A DNA stretch of 64,000 nucleotides, from assembly GCA_964016885.1 (NCBI GenBank), contig OZ024741.1:214520001-214584000 (forward strand). Reading direction: 5' to 3'. The notes under the pieces were generated by a model, which was not told where the DNA came from, made no database searches, and saw only the letters and a list, made by a program, of their open reading frames with translations. Shown here piece after piece: positions 13,358 through 28,776 of the stretch. Numbering within the stretch: position 1 is the first letter of the stretch; each line of letters begins with the position of its first letter. The DNA is from Eledone cirrhosa. Its lineage: Eukaryota. Made by a program: the position numbers and the translations under genes.

Positions 13358-13437
<80 letters not shown>

Positions 13438-13442
<5 letters not shown>

Positions 13443-13618
13443 GTTTCTACATTTGGCTCCAGGCCAGCAATTACCCAGTACGTTACTGGTACTTTATTTT
13501 ATCGACCCCTTAAGCATGAAAGGCAAAGGTAACCTCGGTAGGATTTGAACTCAGATCGTAAGGGGACGTAACTATGCTGGAAAGCATGTCCGACCCTCTA
13601 CCGATACTGCCAATTCAC
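13438..13618 (-). mobile_element. tRNA-derived SINE
   Basis: Reverse complement of the 4732 family. Confidence 0.8.
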
Positions 13619-13791
13619 ATAATAATAATAAATGTGAAGACTAAAATCAAAAGAGGGGTGGATAAGGATAAATATATATCAAATATATAAGAACCCTAGC
13701 GCAAATATTTATTAAAATAACAGATTAAAGTTTAAGCCAAGAATCGGTGGTTTCACCATTAACGGGATCTTAAACTTAAATCAGTTATTTT

Positions 13792-13864
<73 letters not shown>

Positions 13865-13923
13865 TCTCATGTATATGTACATACATGTATATGTACATAC
13901 ATGTATATGTACATACATATATG

Positions 13924-13994
<71 letters not shown>

Positions 13995-13996
<2 letters not shown>

Positions 13997-14910
13997 AATT
14001 CTCACTCTTAGTACGGCTGTTACTTAAATATATGTATATATATGTACATACATATATGTATACAGACGTACAGTAGTATGTATATATATATATATATATA
14101 TATATACATACATGCACATATATATATATATATATATATATATGTACGTATAGATTCACCGAACATTTATTATAATGCTCGGTGTGTTTGTAAACAAATA
14201 TCCCGAATTAAACCCGATTTCAGTAACAGCCGTACTAAGAGTGAGAAATGAAATTTCGTTTCATTTTTTCCGTTTATCGTTTTCGGTACCCCGGCCGATT
14301 AACTCACTCGAGATGCAAATTAGGCTGCTCAGCCGTTAATATGCATAAGGAAAGTACATACTTTCAGACGTTCAACCATCTGGCAGGAGGGTATACGTTG
14401 CTGACGATAGCTAATAAGCTTGAAACTAGTACAGCGTTCCTTTGTCAGTGTTGAACAAATGAACAACGATGGTTGCTAGACACTGTACGGCTTAATTCGG
14501 GATGTTTGTTTACAAACACACCGACCAATATAATAAATGTTCGGTGAATCCATACGTACATATATATATGTGTGTGCATGTATGTATATATATATACATA
14601 CTACTGTACGACTGTATACATATATGTATGTACATATACATACTTATATTTAAGTAACAGCCGTACTAAGGGTGAGAAATGAAATTTCATTTTTTTCCGT
14701 TTATATATATATATAAACGGTTCAAACGTGTTCAATCGGGCGTAACCACAGTAAGTAAGGTACTCAATAAAGCCCTGATGATTCCTCCCGAATGAAACAG
14801 CTCAAGTCCTGTAGAAGCCGTTTCTATATTAAATATATATATATATATAAACGGAAAAAATGAAACGAAATTTCATTTCTCACTCTTAGTACGGCTGTTA
14901 CTTAAATATA
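13995..14910. mobile_element. Rearranged HHR element distantly related to the 466-bp unit
   Basis: Shares AAACGAAATT..CTCACT(C/T)TT, the ATGCAAATTAG(G/T)CTGC block and an ACTAGT-stem-III HHR with the 466-bp repeat; contains inverted segments. Confidence 0.65.
14395..14437 (+). ncRNA. Minimal type-I hammerhead ribozyme
   Basis: ACGTTG CTGACGA T AGCT AATA AGCT T GAAA CTAG TA CAGCGT. Confidence 0.85.
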
Positions 14911-15317
14911 AATAAATATTAATACTTAAATATAAATACTTATATATATATACGTATACATACTTATATATATATATATATACTTATACGTATACATTTA
15001 TATATATATATATATACATACATATATAAGCGATTATATATACATATATATATGTATATATATATATTCATTGCCAGAGAACGTCTCTATGAACCACCTA
15101 ATAGAATATTAGTCTACGACTTCTTTTATACCATAAACGTGGTTTTGTCTTTGCGTGTAATTCTTATTCACCACTCCAAATAATGACATATTATATTCGT
15201 TTTTTCCCGTTCTTTGCCAGGGAACGTTTCCACGAACGAAAGTATCGTCTTCCTGTCTTCCTCCGGCTGCAACGTTTTTTTAAATATTCACTTCTGCGTT
15301 CACAAATTGACTTTGTT

Positions 15318-15368
15318 AGTTTCAGAAGATCCCGTTAAGGGTGAAAGCAACGATTCTTTGCTTAAACT
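15318..15368 (+). ncRNA. CAGAAGA-variant hammerhead-like motif
   Basis: Same as 3582-3632; further copy at ~18039-18088. Confidence 0.6.
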
Positions 15369-15389
15369 TTAATCTGTTATTTTAATAAA

Positions 15390-15458
<69 letters not shown>

Positions 15459-15485
15459 ATACACATATTATGTGTTTATATATGT

Positions 15486-15646
<161 letters not shown>

Positions 15647-15739
15647 TGTATATACATAGTGTCCCCACAAAATGTATACATACTTTGATTACTTGTACAA
15701 GCAATATCTATCAGAATGCTGTTGAAGTGTGGTTTCAGA

Positions 15740-15925
15740 TATTGGCGCAAGGCCAACAATTCCGGGGTACTGAGAAGTCAATTATAGTATCCCCAGTGCA
15801 TTACCGGTACTTTATTTTATCGACCCCGTAAGGATGAAAGGCGAAGTTAATCTCGGCGGGATTTGAACTCAGAATGGAAAGGGCCGTAACTCTATACGTC
15901 AACGCATGGCGTCCGACCCTCTACC
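15740..15925 (-). mobile_element. tRNA-derived SINE
   Basis: Reverse complement of the 4732 family. Confidence 0.8.
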
Positions 15926-16309
15926 TATACTGTAAAATAATATCATGTATAAGTTATGCCTCGGACATATTACCTTTTAATCAATTTTTGTTTTCTGAAG
16001 AAATCACGATATCTCTCGTCATGGAAATATGTATAACGGCTCAATTAATAAAGGACTATAACATCTTCAACTTCGCATTTTCCTCTTTATTAATAGACTC
16101 CGCCATCTTTGTTTTTAGGAAGTAATAGGAAGTGGAATGCTAGAAGTGAATTGCATCCTTCTATACCGAGTATATATATATACACACCACACACGGGGCG
16201 GCCCAAAAGATGTATGCACACTCTGATTATCTGTACAGACAATATTTATTACAATGGTGTAAACGTTTGTATACATTTTTGTGAAACCTTATGTATATAT
16301 ATATATATA

Positions 16310-16957
16310 TATGAAAAATATGGGGAGAAGAATACTGCATGGTTGCACATGGATAACATGTTATAAAATGAGTCCCTCATCAGTGATTTGCCAACGGTCA
16401 TAGGTATTTCATTGCATTAAAAATCATATACCTCACGTTGGTGCAATAATAACTAAAATAAGTTATTAGGACAATTAAAACGCGTAAAGCGAGTGAGACT
16501 AGTAAACAACACAGAGGAAAGCTAACCGAAGATAGGAAGAGACACAAGCTACATAGTTATTCTATCAGTATAAGCTGGGTGAATATATGAGCGAGTAAGA
16601 AATAGACCTTTCGAGATGAATGCGATGTAAGAAAGAAGGAAAATCATTTTCGTCGCGAACGGGGGGAAGTGAGAAGGGGAGAAACAGTGAGTGAGTGAGT
16701 GGAAGTGCGAGGAAGAGGTCATTAGAGAGAAAGTGTTAACTGACATGACAGAGGCGACGAAAGAAAGTAAGCGAAACAGAGAGAACGAGGGAGCAGTAAG
16801 AGAGAGAGAGAGAGAAAAACAGAATCGCAGTTTAGGTAAATATATGTGAAAAATATGGGGAGAAGAATACTGCATGGTTGCACATGGATAACATGTTATA
16901 AAATGAGACCCTCATCAGTGATTTGCCAACGATCATAGGTATTTCATTGCATTAAAA
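16310..16957. repeat. (TA)n-flanked element with ~110-bp terminal direct repeat (period 535)
   Basis: TGGGGAGAAGAATACTGCATGG... at 16321 and 16856. Confidence 0.75.
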
Positions 16958-17094
16958 AAATATATATATATATATTGGCCTGGGGAAGGATGGACTCCGC
17001 CAGGCTTAAAATTCACCAGAAAGGGCGTATGTCAATGCGGCGCCACTACCACTGTATTAGGAGTTTTGGGATTATACATACATACATATATATA

Positions 17095-17750
17095 TACGTG
17101 GGAAAGTAGAAAATCGGAGAATAGACCGTTAAAACATGTTTATTTAAAATATCACCTACGTACGTTTCGCCCAGTTGGGCTTCTCAAGGGCATAAATACT
17201 CACAAGTGTTCCTTATATAGTTCGGAAAGAGTTTTGGGGGTTAAATCTACATCAAGATTCATTGCTCGCAAAAATATCTTGTTTTGATTTTGCAGCAGGT
17301 CAAGGGAGGTAACTCTGGCCGGTGTTAGGGCAGTCTTTCCCGGATAATTTTTTTTTTTTTTTTTTTTTTTTTTCCGCATCCGTTTGTCTGAGGCTGGGTC
17401 TGGTAAGCAAGGATTGTTTTCTGGGTGTTATTTTGCTGCGCCTGCCTGCCGGGGTGTTAAGACTTGTTGCAGGGAGATCCAGTGTACTATTTCACTCTTC
17501 ATTCTTAACCAATCTAAAGAAGGATATTTTTAAGCGATGTGTACAACTTATCGCTGTTTCAGCTCTGCTGTTGATGAGTTCGTGGGGTGCAGTTATGATG
17601 TGGTAGAGCTCCATGAGGCAAAGATCGCATTTCCTCTTGAAGTTGTACGGTGCAGCCCTGCCGACAATCTCCCAGTGCGTGGAGAAGCTGATGTTTAAGT
17701 CCTTTAGTGATGTAATGTAGTCCGCGAGCGAAGTGGAGTGCCTTAGTTTT
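17095..17750 (-). mobile_element. Penelope-like element 3' fragment (GIY-YIG C-terminus plus pLTR with HHR-like motif)
   Basis: Minus translation HSTSLADYITSLKDLNISFSTHWEIVGRAAPYNFKRKCDLCLME...CTHR. Downstream CTTGAGAA GCCC AACT GGGC GAAA CGTACG TA at ~17148-17190. Confidence 0.75.
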
Positions 17751-17778
17751 CTATATGTATGTATGTATGATCTATATA

Positions 17779-17833
<55 letters not shown>

Positions 17834-17840
17834 GATATTA

Positions 17841-17918
<78 letters not shown>

Positions 17919-18195
17919 ATTATATATACACAGTAAATGCAAAGACTAAAATCCAAAGAGGGCTCGATAAGGATAAATATATATCAAATATATAAGTATA
18001 AGAACCCTAGAGAAAATATTCATTAACGGGATCTTCTGAGTTTCAGAAGATCCCGTTAAGGGTGAAAGCAGCGATTCTTTGCTTAAACATTAATCTGTTA
18101 TTTTAATAAATATATATATACACACACCCACACTCACACACCCCACACATCCACACTCACTCAACACACACACCCACAATCACACACCATACGCG

Positions 18196-18241
<46 letters not shown>

Positions 18242-19185
18242 CATACACACACATATAAATATATATATATATAATAGACTTAATATTAGTATTACTTACC
18301 ATCATGAGAAAGCCAAATGTGTTTAAGTGATGGATACTGGTGAAATAATTATTGAGATTATAAGAGTGTATTGTGGTTTGAAGAATGGTTTAGTTTTAAA
18401 TTTAACTAAGGGGAAAAACAGTTTCATTGCTCTACAAGATGTTGAAGTGGTTAAAGATTTGCAAGTTAAAGTAAATCTATGAGACTTATATTTCCCATGT
18501 GGCGATTATATAGCGAATGTATGTATGTATGTTATCTCTTTCTCTTAATTTCGAGTATATTTTTTTGACCGGCCACCTTCCTGGTGGCAAGGTTGTAAAA
18601 GAAAAGAAATTGTCATCCCTTGAATCGCAAGAATGTTTTGCAAATTTTGAAGGTGCCAGCTATGGCAGCCATTTGTAGACTATAAATTAGGGAGCTGCGC
18701 TCTTTGTCCGCAAATCCAAGTTCAGTCATACTTTGGTCCAAACGGGTTGGTATATAACCCGTAGCTCCAATAATGATGGGTATGAAGCTAAAGGTGCATC
18801 TTGTATGTATGTATGTGTGTCTGTATGTATGTATGTATGTGTGTATGTATGTATGTATGTATATATGTATGTATGCCTTAATGTATGTATGTATATATGT
18901 ATATATGTATGTATATATGTATGTATGTATTAATGTATGTATTTATGTATGTATTTATGTATGTATTTATGTATGTATGTACGTGTATGTATGTATCTAT
19001 GAGACTTATATGTGCCATGGTGACAGTATATAGCGAATGTATGTATATATATGTATGTATGCAGGTATGTATGTTTACGGCTATATATGTATATATGAAT
19101 ACATGTATGTGTGTATGTATGTTGTAAATGTTATTGTTGTTGTTTCTCTTCCTCACTCGCATACACATACGTTCATACGTATATG

Positions 19186-19243
<58 letters not shown>

Positions 19244-19428
19244 ACGAAGGAAATGTGGTAAGGAACCAGGTGGACCATAACGCACCAAAGTACTCAATAC
19301 TTGAGGTAGTAGAGTGGGTAATAGGAACCAGTAAGACCCCGACAGCTGAACTCAAGCCGTTTCGACGGCTAATTCCCAGAATTAGCCGTCGAAACGGCTT
19401 GAGCTCAGCTGTCGGGGTCTTACTGGTT

Positions 19429-19489
<61 letters not shown>

Positions 19490-19490
<1 letters not shown>

Positions 19491-20345
19491 AGAGAAATAA
19501 GATTTCGCTTCAAGCATAACTTTATACAATATGTATAGAAATTTCGTATTTCTAAAGAAATACAGTTTTAGGAAGCCGTAGCTATGGAAACACCGGGGAT
19601 AACGCCCTCTGGTGGTGTCCAGCAGAAGCAAGGGGGACAACCGTCTATGCATTTTAGGCTTGATTGACCTTCGTCAGGACGGTTCCTCCCACCGCTTGCT
19701 AACGCTGAGGGCGTTAGCCCCGGTGTTTCCATAGCTACGGCTTCCTAAAACCGTATTTCTTTGGAGATACGAAATTTCGATACATATTGTATAAAGCTAT
19801 GCTTGAAGCGAAATCCTATTTCTTTTCTATTATAAGTTGAGCCAACTTATGCAGCTTCATATGCAAATGAGATTAATCACCTCATTTACACAGACGAGAA
19901 AACTATATATTCTCAACTGTTTTCAAGTCCAGCTGTAGCAAGCGGTGGGAGGGACCGTCCTGAAGAAGGCCAGTCAAGCCTGAAATGTATAGACGGTTTT
20001 CCCCCTTGATTCTGCTGGACACCGCCAGAGGCGTTAGCCCCGGTGTTTCCATAGCTACGGCTTCCTAAAACCGTGTTTCTTTAGAAATACGAAATTTCGA
20101 TACATATTGTATAAAGCTATGCTTTAAGCGAAATCTTATTTCTTTTCTATTATAAGTTGAGCCAACTTATGCAGCTTCATATGCAAATGAGATTAATCAC
20201 CTCATTTACACAGACGAGAAAACTATATATTCTCAACTGTTTTCAAGTCCAGCAGTTGCAAGCGGTGGGAGGGACCCTCCTGATGAAGTCCAGTCAAGCC
20301 TGAAATGCGTAGACGGTTTTCCTCCCTGCTTCTGCAGGACACCAC
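19490..20345. repeat. 320-bp HHR unit: inverted partial copy plus two tandem copies
   Basis: Period 320 (HHRs + 19954-19997 and 20274-20317; ACCGTC CTGAAGA AGGC..GCCT GAAA TGTA TA GACGGT). Minus-strand copy ~19640-19683 has GAAA>AAAA. Confidence 0.85.
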
Positions 20346-20349
20346 CAGC

Positions 20350-22345
20350 AAATAAATCTAACTGTCCTCTAAATAATAACTGTTTAGTTAAAAATATAGT
20401 ATATAATTGTAATGTCAAAACCAATGAAAATTCCTTTAACTATGTCGGCTCTACTTCCACAGACTTCAAATCTCGTTTCTATAACCATAAATGTTCCTTT
20501 GCGAATATTGGTAAAAAATCTTCAACTTCTTTATCCAACTTATTATGGAACTTAAAATCCAAGAATATTAACTATTCTTTATCTTGGGAAATTACCTCTA
20601 AAGCTCCTTCATACACAGCTCTATCCAAAAATAGTCGCTTTGCGTTAAAGAAATATTCTTTATACCAAAAAGTAAGACCTCTATTAATTTGCGTAATCAT
20701 TTACTTAGTTCTTGTAAACATCGTTTAAACTCAACTTTTAGATATATATATATAAAATGTAATATATGGTAATTCTCCTTTACATAATGTTTTCTATATC
20801 CAACCACCTACAACTTCATCCTTCAGAGTATATCTATATATGATTCATATATATTTAATTTACTTTCTATTATCTCTACTTCATAAATACACTTTATATT
20901 ATTACACTTATCAATTGATTATAACCTTTTTATATGACTACTTAAAATTCTTTTAAGAAAAATTTTCCTTGAAAGACTTTCTGAAGGTTTTAGAAAATTC
21001 TTTGAAAGTTCCCTTGAAAGATATGGAAAAACCATTATTTTCATATCTTCCAATATTTTATATCTTCAAACATTTTTAATATATATCCAAATATTTATAT
21101 ATATGTGGAATAACATATGATTTTTATATATATGTGGAATAACCTATATTCTTAAGATAAAATTTTTAACTTTAGAACAATTATAACAATTATGACTTCT
21201 TATAAAATAACCTATGGTTTATGTTTTAATTATATTCTTAAGATAAATTTATGACTTCTTATAACATAACATATGGTTTTAATTATATTCTTAAGATAAA
21301 TTTTTTTAACTTTATAACATTTATGACTTCTCATAAAAAATTTTCGAAAACATTTTTTTTTGAAAGAAGGTTTTTTGAAGCTTTTTTTTTTGTAGTCATT
21401 TGAGTTCTTAAAAAATCACTTCTAACTTCCTTTATACTTCCTTACTGTTTTTGTAATATAATAAGTGGTTATTCCTTTGTAAACTCTCGTAAATTTTCAT
21501 AAATTTGGAATTATTTGGATGTTTAAGTTTTGACTTACAACTAGTAATAAATATAATTTTGCCAAACTTACTTTAATCAAATAAACTATACTAGATTTTC
21601 TCTAATGTAAAATACTATATATATATTTATTTAAATAATTGATAATTCATAACATACACATCTAAACGAATATATTATTACTAATACATCCTAATATAAT
21701 ATAAATACTTCTGGTTTAATTTTAATTTTTAATTTTTTATATTAATATTAAATAAAATTTTTAATATTAAGGTAAATTTTAATCTTTAATTTTGATTTTT
21801 AATTTTTAATTTTAATTTTTCCAACTTATCATTATAAATATTATAATCACAACGTAATGAACCATACATTCTAAATATTCTTCTTCCACGTTAATCTTAT
21901 TTCTTCTTTCACTTCTTCTTTCACTTAGATATATTTACGCTCTATATTCTTCTATTAATATTTATTTCTTCGTTCACTCTTGACTATTTTCACTATCACT
22001 ATGTATAATCGTTCTTTCTTTCCTCTTCTCTCTTTCTCCTTCCTTTTCTTTGTCTTTTCTCTCTCCCTTTCATATCCTCTTCTTCCAACAGTTTAATTTA
22101 AATAAACCGTTATCTTTTGAACTTTTCGGACACTCATTTGCATACTCACTCATAACTTTGTATTACCCTCAATAAAATATTATCTCCCCTATCCAGGAAG
22201 CTCCAACCGTTAAGGTTGTCTTTTTTCCGGGTATGTCAATATTTATTTATAAAACAAATCTTTATTTTATCTGATGAAAGCGCACCATAATTTGCCTTGG
22301 TTGCCCTTGAAATATATATAATAAAATAAATATGGTTTTATAAAT
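20350..22345 (+). mobile_element. Penelope-like element 3' part: GIY-YIG remnant, long AT-rich 3' region, HHR-bearing pLTR
   Basis: From 20360: NCPLNNNCLVKNIVYNCNVKTNENSFNYVGSTSTDFKSRFYNHKCSF...STSLSN..WNLK..YSLSWEI, later frameshifted. HHR at 22261; ends in (TA)n. Confidence 0.8.
22261..22330 (+). ncRNA. Type-I hammerhead ribozyme
   Basis: TTTATTTTAT CTGATGA aagcgcacca..tggttgccctt GAAA TATATA TA ATAAAATAAA; 10-bp perfect stem I. Confidence 0.8.
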
Positions 22346-22359
22346 ATAGTTTCCATTTA

Positions 22360-22838
<479 letters not shown>

Positions 22839-23529
22839 ATATATATATATATATATATAATATGGCCATGTCTTTATAATCTTAAAGTAAAACGATGCAT
22901 TTATTAGCGTGAAATATGACGTTAGAATTTTGTAAATGACCGCCTGTGAGAACCAAACCTGGTATCTGTAGTTGAGCGGACAACTGTATAGATAACTATA
23001 CTTAGACGATCAGACACATTCTGAATAGTAAGTGTCAGGTATATGAATTCCTTACAATGCTTGTATAAAGTGTTTGTAAAATAAACTGAAGTAAAAACTC
23101 ATTTATTGTGTAGAGACTGAAAATAATATTGTTACTATTGGACATTGTATACGGTGAGGTTACACCGATATTTACTGGTTCACCAAAATAATGTTTGATA
23201 TACCAGTAAATATCGGTGAAACTTCGAAATAAATAGTCGCCATAAATATCAGATATTATGCACAGAAACCATACATGTATATAAACGTGCATGTATATAC
23301 ATATATGCATTCATAAATGCATACACATATACATGCATGAACGTAATATACGTCTGCACATACGTACATGCATACATATAAACACACATACATACGCGCG
23401 TAAATACATCAATGCGTACGTACATATAAACATGATGGTTGACTCCTCGTTATCGAGTATGGCCATTGCACGAAAAAAACAACATAATAACGACAATAAT
23501 GATAATAACAATAATAATAATAATAATAA

Positions 23530-26500
23530 TGATTTCATTTATTAGCCACGAGGGCCGACATGTAGGGGACAGTACAAAGACAGGGACAGTGGGGGTTTAC
23601 AATAAGGTCGAGTAAAAGTTCACAATGGCAAGACTAATTTAACAATGAAGATATACAAATATACAATAAACTATGCATAAATATAACAAAATAAATTCCC
23701 CGATAGGGGGTGGACGATCCTGGGGTGACTCAGGTACCCCACCAATCTTGAATCACCCTGCGCTTCTAGGGCACCCAGGGAGAGAACCCCTCTCCCCATG
23801 TTAGCTAGCCTATAGGCGCATGGTCAGAGTAGGCCCATTCACATGGGCCATTCTCGCCACATTCATCCACCTTTTAGCAAATGTACTGTAAAGAGGAACA
23901 TTTTCAGCTCTTCCTGATCTAAGGAAGGCGGCGGATCGATCTTCACTATTGACTCGGCCGATAGCCGGATTCGTTCCACACGCGACAGTAGCTGTTCGAC
24001 ATAACTCCACAAGTCAGTAATGGACGGACATTGGACAAGTGCGTGCAGAACGGTTTCGTCGTTCTGTGCGCATCTTGGGAAGGTCCGTCTGACAGCACTC
24101 CCGTGCCTGTAGAGTTTATCCCGAACCGGCAGTGCCCCCCGGTATCACTGCCAAGCGAGGGATTTCTGGAAATTGTCCATCTTCCCCGGCTCGAAAGTCC
24201 TCCGGTACAGACTGGTCAGTTCGACTTCGTCGAGGCCCAAAACTTCTCCGAGTGCGTCATCGCACTTCCCACCACTAATCCTCTATAGAACTCGAGAGTG
24301 GAAGTTCCACTATTCGCATTGCCCGCTTGGTAGAGGGGAGTGAGTGCCTGGCAACATTCCAGGTGCCAGTCACCCAGTCTCGGTCTCTTCTTGACCCAGG
24401 ACTGCAGCGCAGTCAAAGAGACGAGTTGCGGAAAGGCCCGTCTGATAAACGGCGACCACACCTGTTCACCGTTTAGGCAGAATATCTGGAGATGTCGCGC
24501 ATGTCTGCGCATCATTAGCCACGGCATACCCAGGCCTACGCTTAGATGGTGCTGGCAGCAGATGGACCGCCTCACCAACGGAACTTGTCCCCTCCACAAG
24601 AATTTGAAGAGGAGCCGTTCCAACTTGACGAGGCACGGACGGGGGTAAGGCACGACGGTCAGGCGGTAGTAGATGACGGACGCGATGTACACATTCACCA
24701 CCTCCGCGCAACCTTTCAGTGATAGCTTCCTCCCAGACCATTTTTGGGTGAGGCTGGCTACTCTGCTCGATACCTCGTCTCAATTCTTTTCCACTTGGCG
24801 GTCTGGTCCGAACCAAACCCCGAGCAACATTTCGACGCTGTTGGATGGCATACGCTTGCCTCTCCAGGTTCCGAGCTGCAAGCCCACCGACTTTTCCGGG
24901 TTAAGTTTGGCTCCTGTCAACCTTTCATATTCCTTCTATAAAGTGCCGACCACTTCGATTTCTGAAGTGTCCGACACCATTACGGTGATGTCGTCCGCAT
25001 AAGCAGACACCGCCTTTCCACGTCCCGGTTCGAGCGGGATGCCTTGCAACAGCTCCAGCTTCAGCAGTAAAGGATCGAGAGTCAATACGTACAGAAGGGA
25101 AGAGAGAGGGCACCCTTGACGGACCGATCGGGAGAGCCGAAAAGGTTCCGAGAGGTGGCCATTAAACTTGACCACCGAGCGTGTGCCGCTGTGCATTGCA
25201 GCGATCCAGCTTCTGAAGAGAGGGATGAAGGCAGCTGCTTTGAGGACAAACTCCAGATACCGATGGTCGACCCTATCGAATGCTTTCGATTAATCTAAAT
25301 TGATCAGTGTCCCACCGAAGCCAGGTTTACACCCTACTTTCTCTATGATGTATCGCATGAGATCGTGTATGAACCTGGCTAGGATTGCACAAGTTTGCGC
25401 CTCCCCAACCAAATCCTCGACGACAAGCGCCAATCTCTTTGCTAACACCTTGGCCAAAATCTTAAACTCTGTGTTGAGCAGAGTTATGGGCCTGAAGTTG
25501 TCTAATGTATCCCTCTTGTTCTCGTCTTTCCTTATCAGCGTCACCACTCCCCTGCTCACAGAACTGGGAATACTCCTATTCTGCTGCCAGCTGCAGCAGA
25601 GTGCTTCGAGGAGATCGGAGAACAAGTCTGGCATATTTACGTAAAGCTCGTAGCGCAGGCCATCCAAACCGGGTGACTTGCGCCTCATGCAACCGACAAG
25701 GGCGTCCTGAATTTCGGCTGAAGTAATCGGCCTTTCGCAGCGCTCAGCGTCGACCATCGAGATGCGCGGCAAGCCGTCAAGGTATGGACTGAAATCCGCT
25801 ACTCTCTCTGACTCGCCACTCTCCCTGAACAACAAAGTGCTGGCGAAAGGCCTCACACATCCGCTTGGAATCGCTTATCTCGTATCCGTCTCGGTCCGCC
25901 AAAGACCAAATTGTGGTTTTATTACCACGCTGCGCCTGCGCCACGCGGGCCCATCGAACAGCTTTGGTTCCCTCGTTTCTCAGCGCACGCGCCTTAGCTC
26001 TGACAATGCAACCTTCGTGTTTCGCTTTGAAGAAATGGTCTAATGCCATTCTCGCCGCTAGCACGTCAGTTGCAATGCCACTACAAATAGCCTCGTCTAA
26101 CTTATCTACCAGCTCCTCTCCTTTCTATTTTACTCTAACGCTAGTCCTTTGCTGAACTCTATCGAAGTTACTCTAATCTCTCTTTTGAGAGCCCAACACT
26201 ATCTGTTGTTGATGATCCCCCTGTCAACTTTTGCTTAACTAAATTGTTGACTCGTCCCTGTAAGCCTTACGTGCCGGAAATGACATGTTCAGCTTCCTGT
26301 AACCCGGTCCCAACCTACGCGTTTTATCTAGGTCGACCATACAGAACACAAATTTGTGATCTGAATAAGCGACCGTTTTAAAAAGTGGGCAGCCTACACT
26401 ATTTCTATCTATTTTTCTAATGAAGATCCTGTCTCTATATACGATCTAGATGACCCCATTCGGTTGGTCCATGTCCATACAGGCGCATTGGGGAAATCTA

Positions 26501-26765
26501 GTCGATACCTGTCAGACAGTTGGAACTGGCTGATTATGTGCTTGAGGCTTTTACACCCTCGGCTCCTATCAGCTTGTCCCACACAATCCCAGCGAGCGTC
26601 TAATATGCCATTCCAGTCCCCCGCTAACAGTAAAGTGCGAGACGTACCCAGAAAGGTCTCCAGGTGCCTAAAGAAGTCCGGCTGTCCAGCCCCTGTTGTG
26701 GTGTAGAAGGCCAGCAGTCTAAAGGAACCACCTTCGCTACTGCTCACATCCAAGACGACCAACTG
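23530..26765 (-). mobile_element. Tx1/L1-clade LINE, 5'-truncated, decayed ORF2 (APE, RT, Zn finger)
   Basis: LLAGDWNGIL, KSPGLDGL, NFRPITLLN, RQGCPLS, YADD in split frames. 3' end GTGGCTAATAAATGAAATC(ATT)n. Confidence 0.9.
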
Positions 26766-27195
26766 TACAAAAGAGGAAGGTCATCAGTTGACAATAAATG
26801 TAGGCTGTTCAAAACAAAGATCGAATGTCTAACTGTAAAGAATGTCTTCTCATTACTACCTCCCCATGTGGAATGATATGATAACTACAGCGATGTGGAA
26901 TACATTACGGAAGATGAAAATCAAATACGAAGGAATATGTTGAGACAATGGCTCAAAACTGGTAAAACTTAAAATTAAAATCCGCCACCAAATTAAAGAG
27001 TAACCCACCTGAAATTGTTGTTTGGGACAACATATTAAAAACATGCTATATTGTAGAAAACAGCTGCCCACTTGATGTCAATGTAGTAAGAAACGTGCAA
27101 GATACAGGGGATATCTACGGACCATTGATGAGGAGTTTGCAGATCCAGTATCCAAGAAACATGTTCAGCTCGATACCCGTCATTATTGGAACTAT

Positions 27196-27385
27196 ATGCG
27201 GTGAATTAGCAGTATCGGTAGAGGGTGGGACGCTATGATTTCCAGCATAGTTATGTCCCTTTATGGTCTGAGTTCAAATCCCATCGAGGTTAAATTTGCC
27301 TTTCATCCTTACGGGGTCGATAAAATAAAGTACCAGTAATGTACTGGGTAATTGCTGGCCTTGTGCCAAAAGTGGAAACAATTAT
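27196..27385 (+). mobile_element. tRNA-derived SINE
   Basis: 4732 family. Confidence 0.8.
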
Positions 27386-27795
27386 TAGAACTACAGGTTA
27401 TATACCAACCCACCTGCACCAAAGTATAACCCGACTTTGTGGAAAAAGAATGTAGCTCCTTAATTCACAAACTACAAATGGTAACGAAGTCTGTAAAACA
27501 TTCTTACCATTCAAAGTATGGATACTTGCACAAGAGATGTCAGCAATTTCGTTTTCTTTACAATCTTGCAACCGGGAAGATGGCCAGTCCAAAATAAACT
27601 CAAAATTAAGAGAAAGAGAGAGAATATACATACATATCATGCATACATACATTAATAGGTAAGGACATAGATACATGGATACATGAATCCATAATGCTTA
27701 CATGTATTTATACAAACGCACGTAAGTATATACATGCATGCATACATACGCCTGTAAATACTTATAGAGGCATGTAAGAACATACATATATACAT

Positions 27796-28122
27796 ACATA
27801 GTGGCTGCCAACTCGTTTTCGAGTACGGTCACTACTTTATATCCATGTAGGAGAACCCCTACCGATGCGCTGAACGAGTGTGACTTTTTAGTCCAGCCAG
27901 CGACTTGAAAACTCTGGTACAAACACTACACTTGTGACAATTATTGACACATAGTGCTGGGCCCATGGTACCATGTAACGACAAGTGCAGAGAGATCTCC
28001 AGATATAAAGCAATGCCTGTGCCGTGAAGCTTTTATAGTGAGCAAAGGCACTGCACAAAGCCAGTCCCACTCTTTTAACCAAGATGATATTTACCAAAAA
28101 GAAGAACAAGTCAACATCATTG
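27796..28122 (-). mobile_element. RTE-clade LINE 3' fragment
   Basis: Minus translation [25 protein letters not shown] (C-terminal C2H2 finger typical of RTE ORFs), short UTR, microsatellite tail. Confidence 0.65.
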
Positions 28123-28641
28123 TTGTATGTGTATACATACATATACACATACATACATATGTAAGTACGTATATAAATACATACATGTAAACATACATAT
28201 ATACGCATGTAAGTACATATTTACTTACATACACAGGTATGTAAGTACATACTTACATATATAGACATACATGGAACTAGATATTACACCTTTAGTTCAT
28301 CAAATCGAGAGATATTTAATCAGTGAGAGTGCACAATGACTCGGCAGGTAGTCGGTGATATGACTTACATAAACTTTCAAACAGAGATATGGAACATATA
28401 CACCAACGTATAATAAGCATTGTTTTATATTCTACTGCAATCGAAATATCGATTTTTCTCTGACCAGAACACTGTTACCTAATCAATTTATCAGGTAAGT
28501 GTTCCATGGTGACACTCCCTCTAGACAAAATTCACACTGTCTGCGAGATTAAATACATTCTAGGCAAGACAGGTAATGTATAAAACCAGGACTTAAGTAA
28601 GTTTTTCTAGACGAGGTATCACCTTTCAATATATTAATACA

Positions 28642-28776
<135 letters not shown>

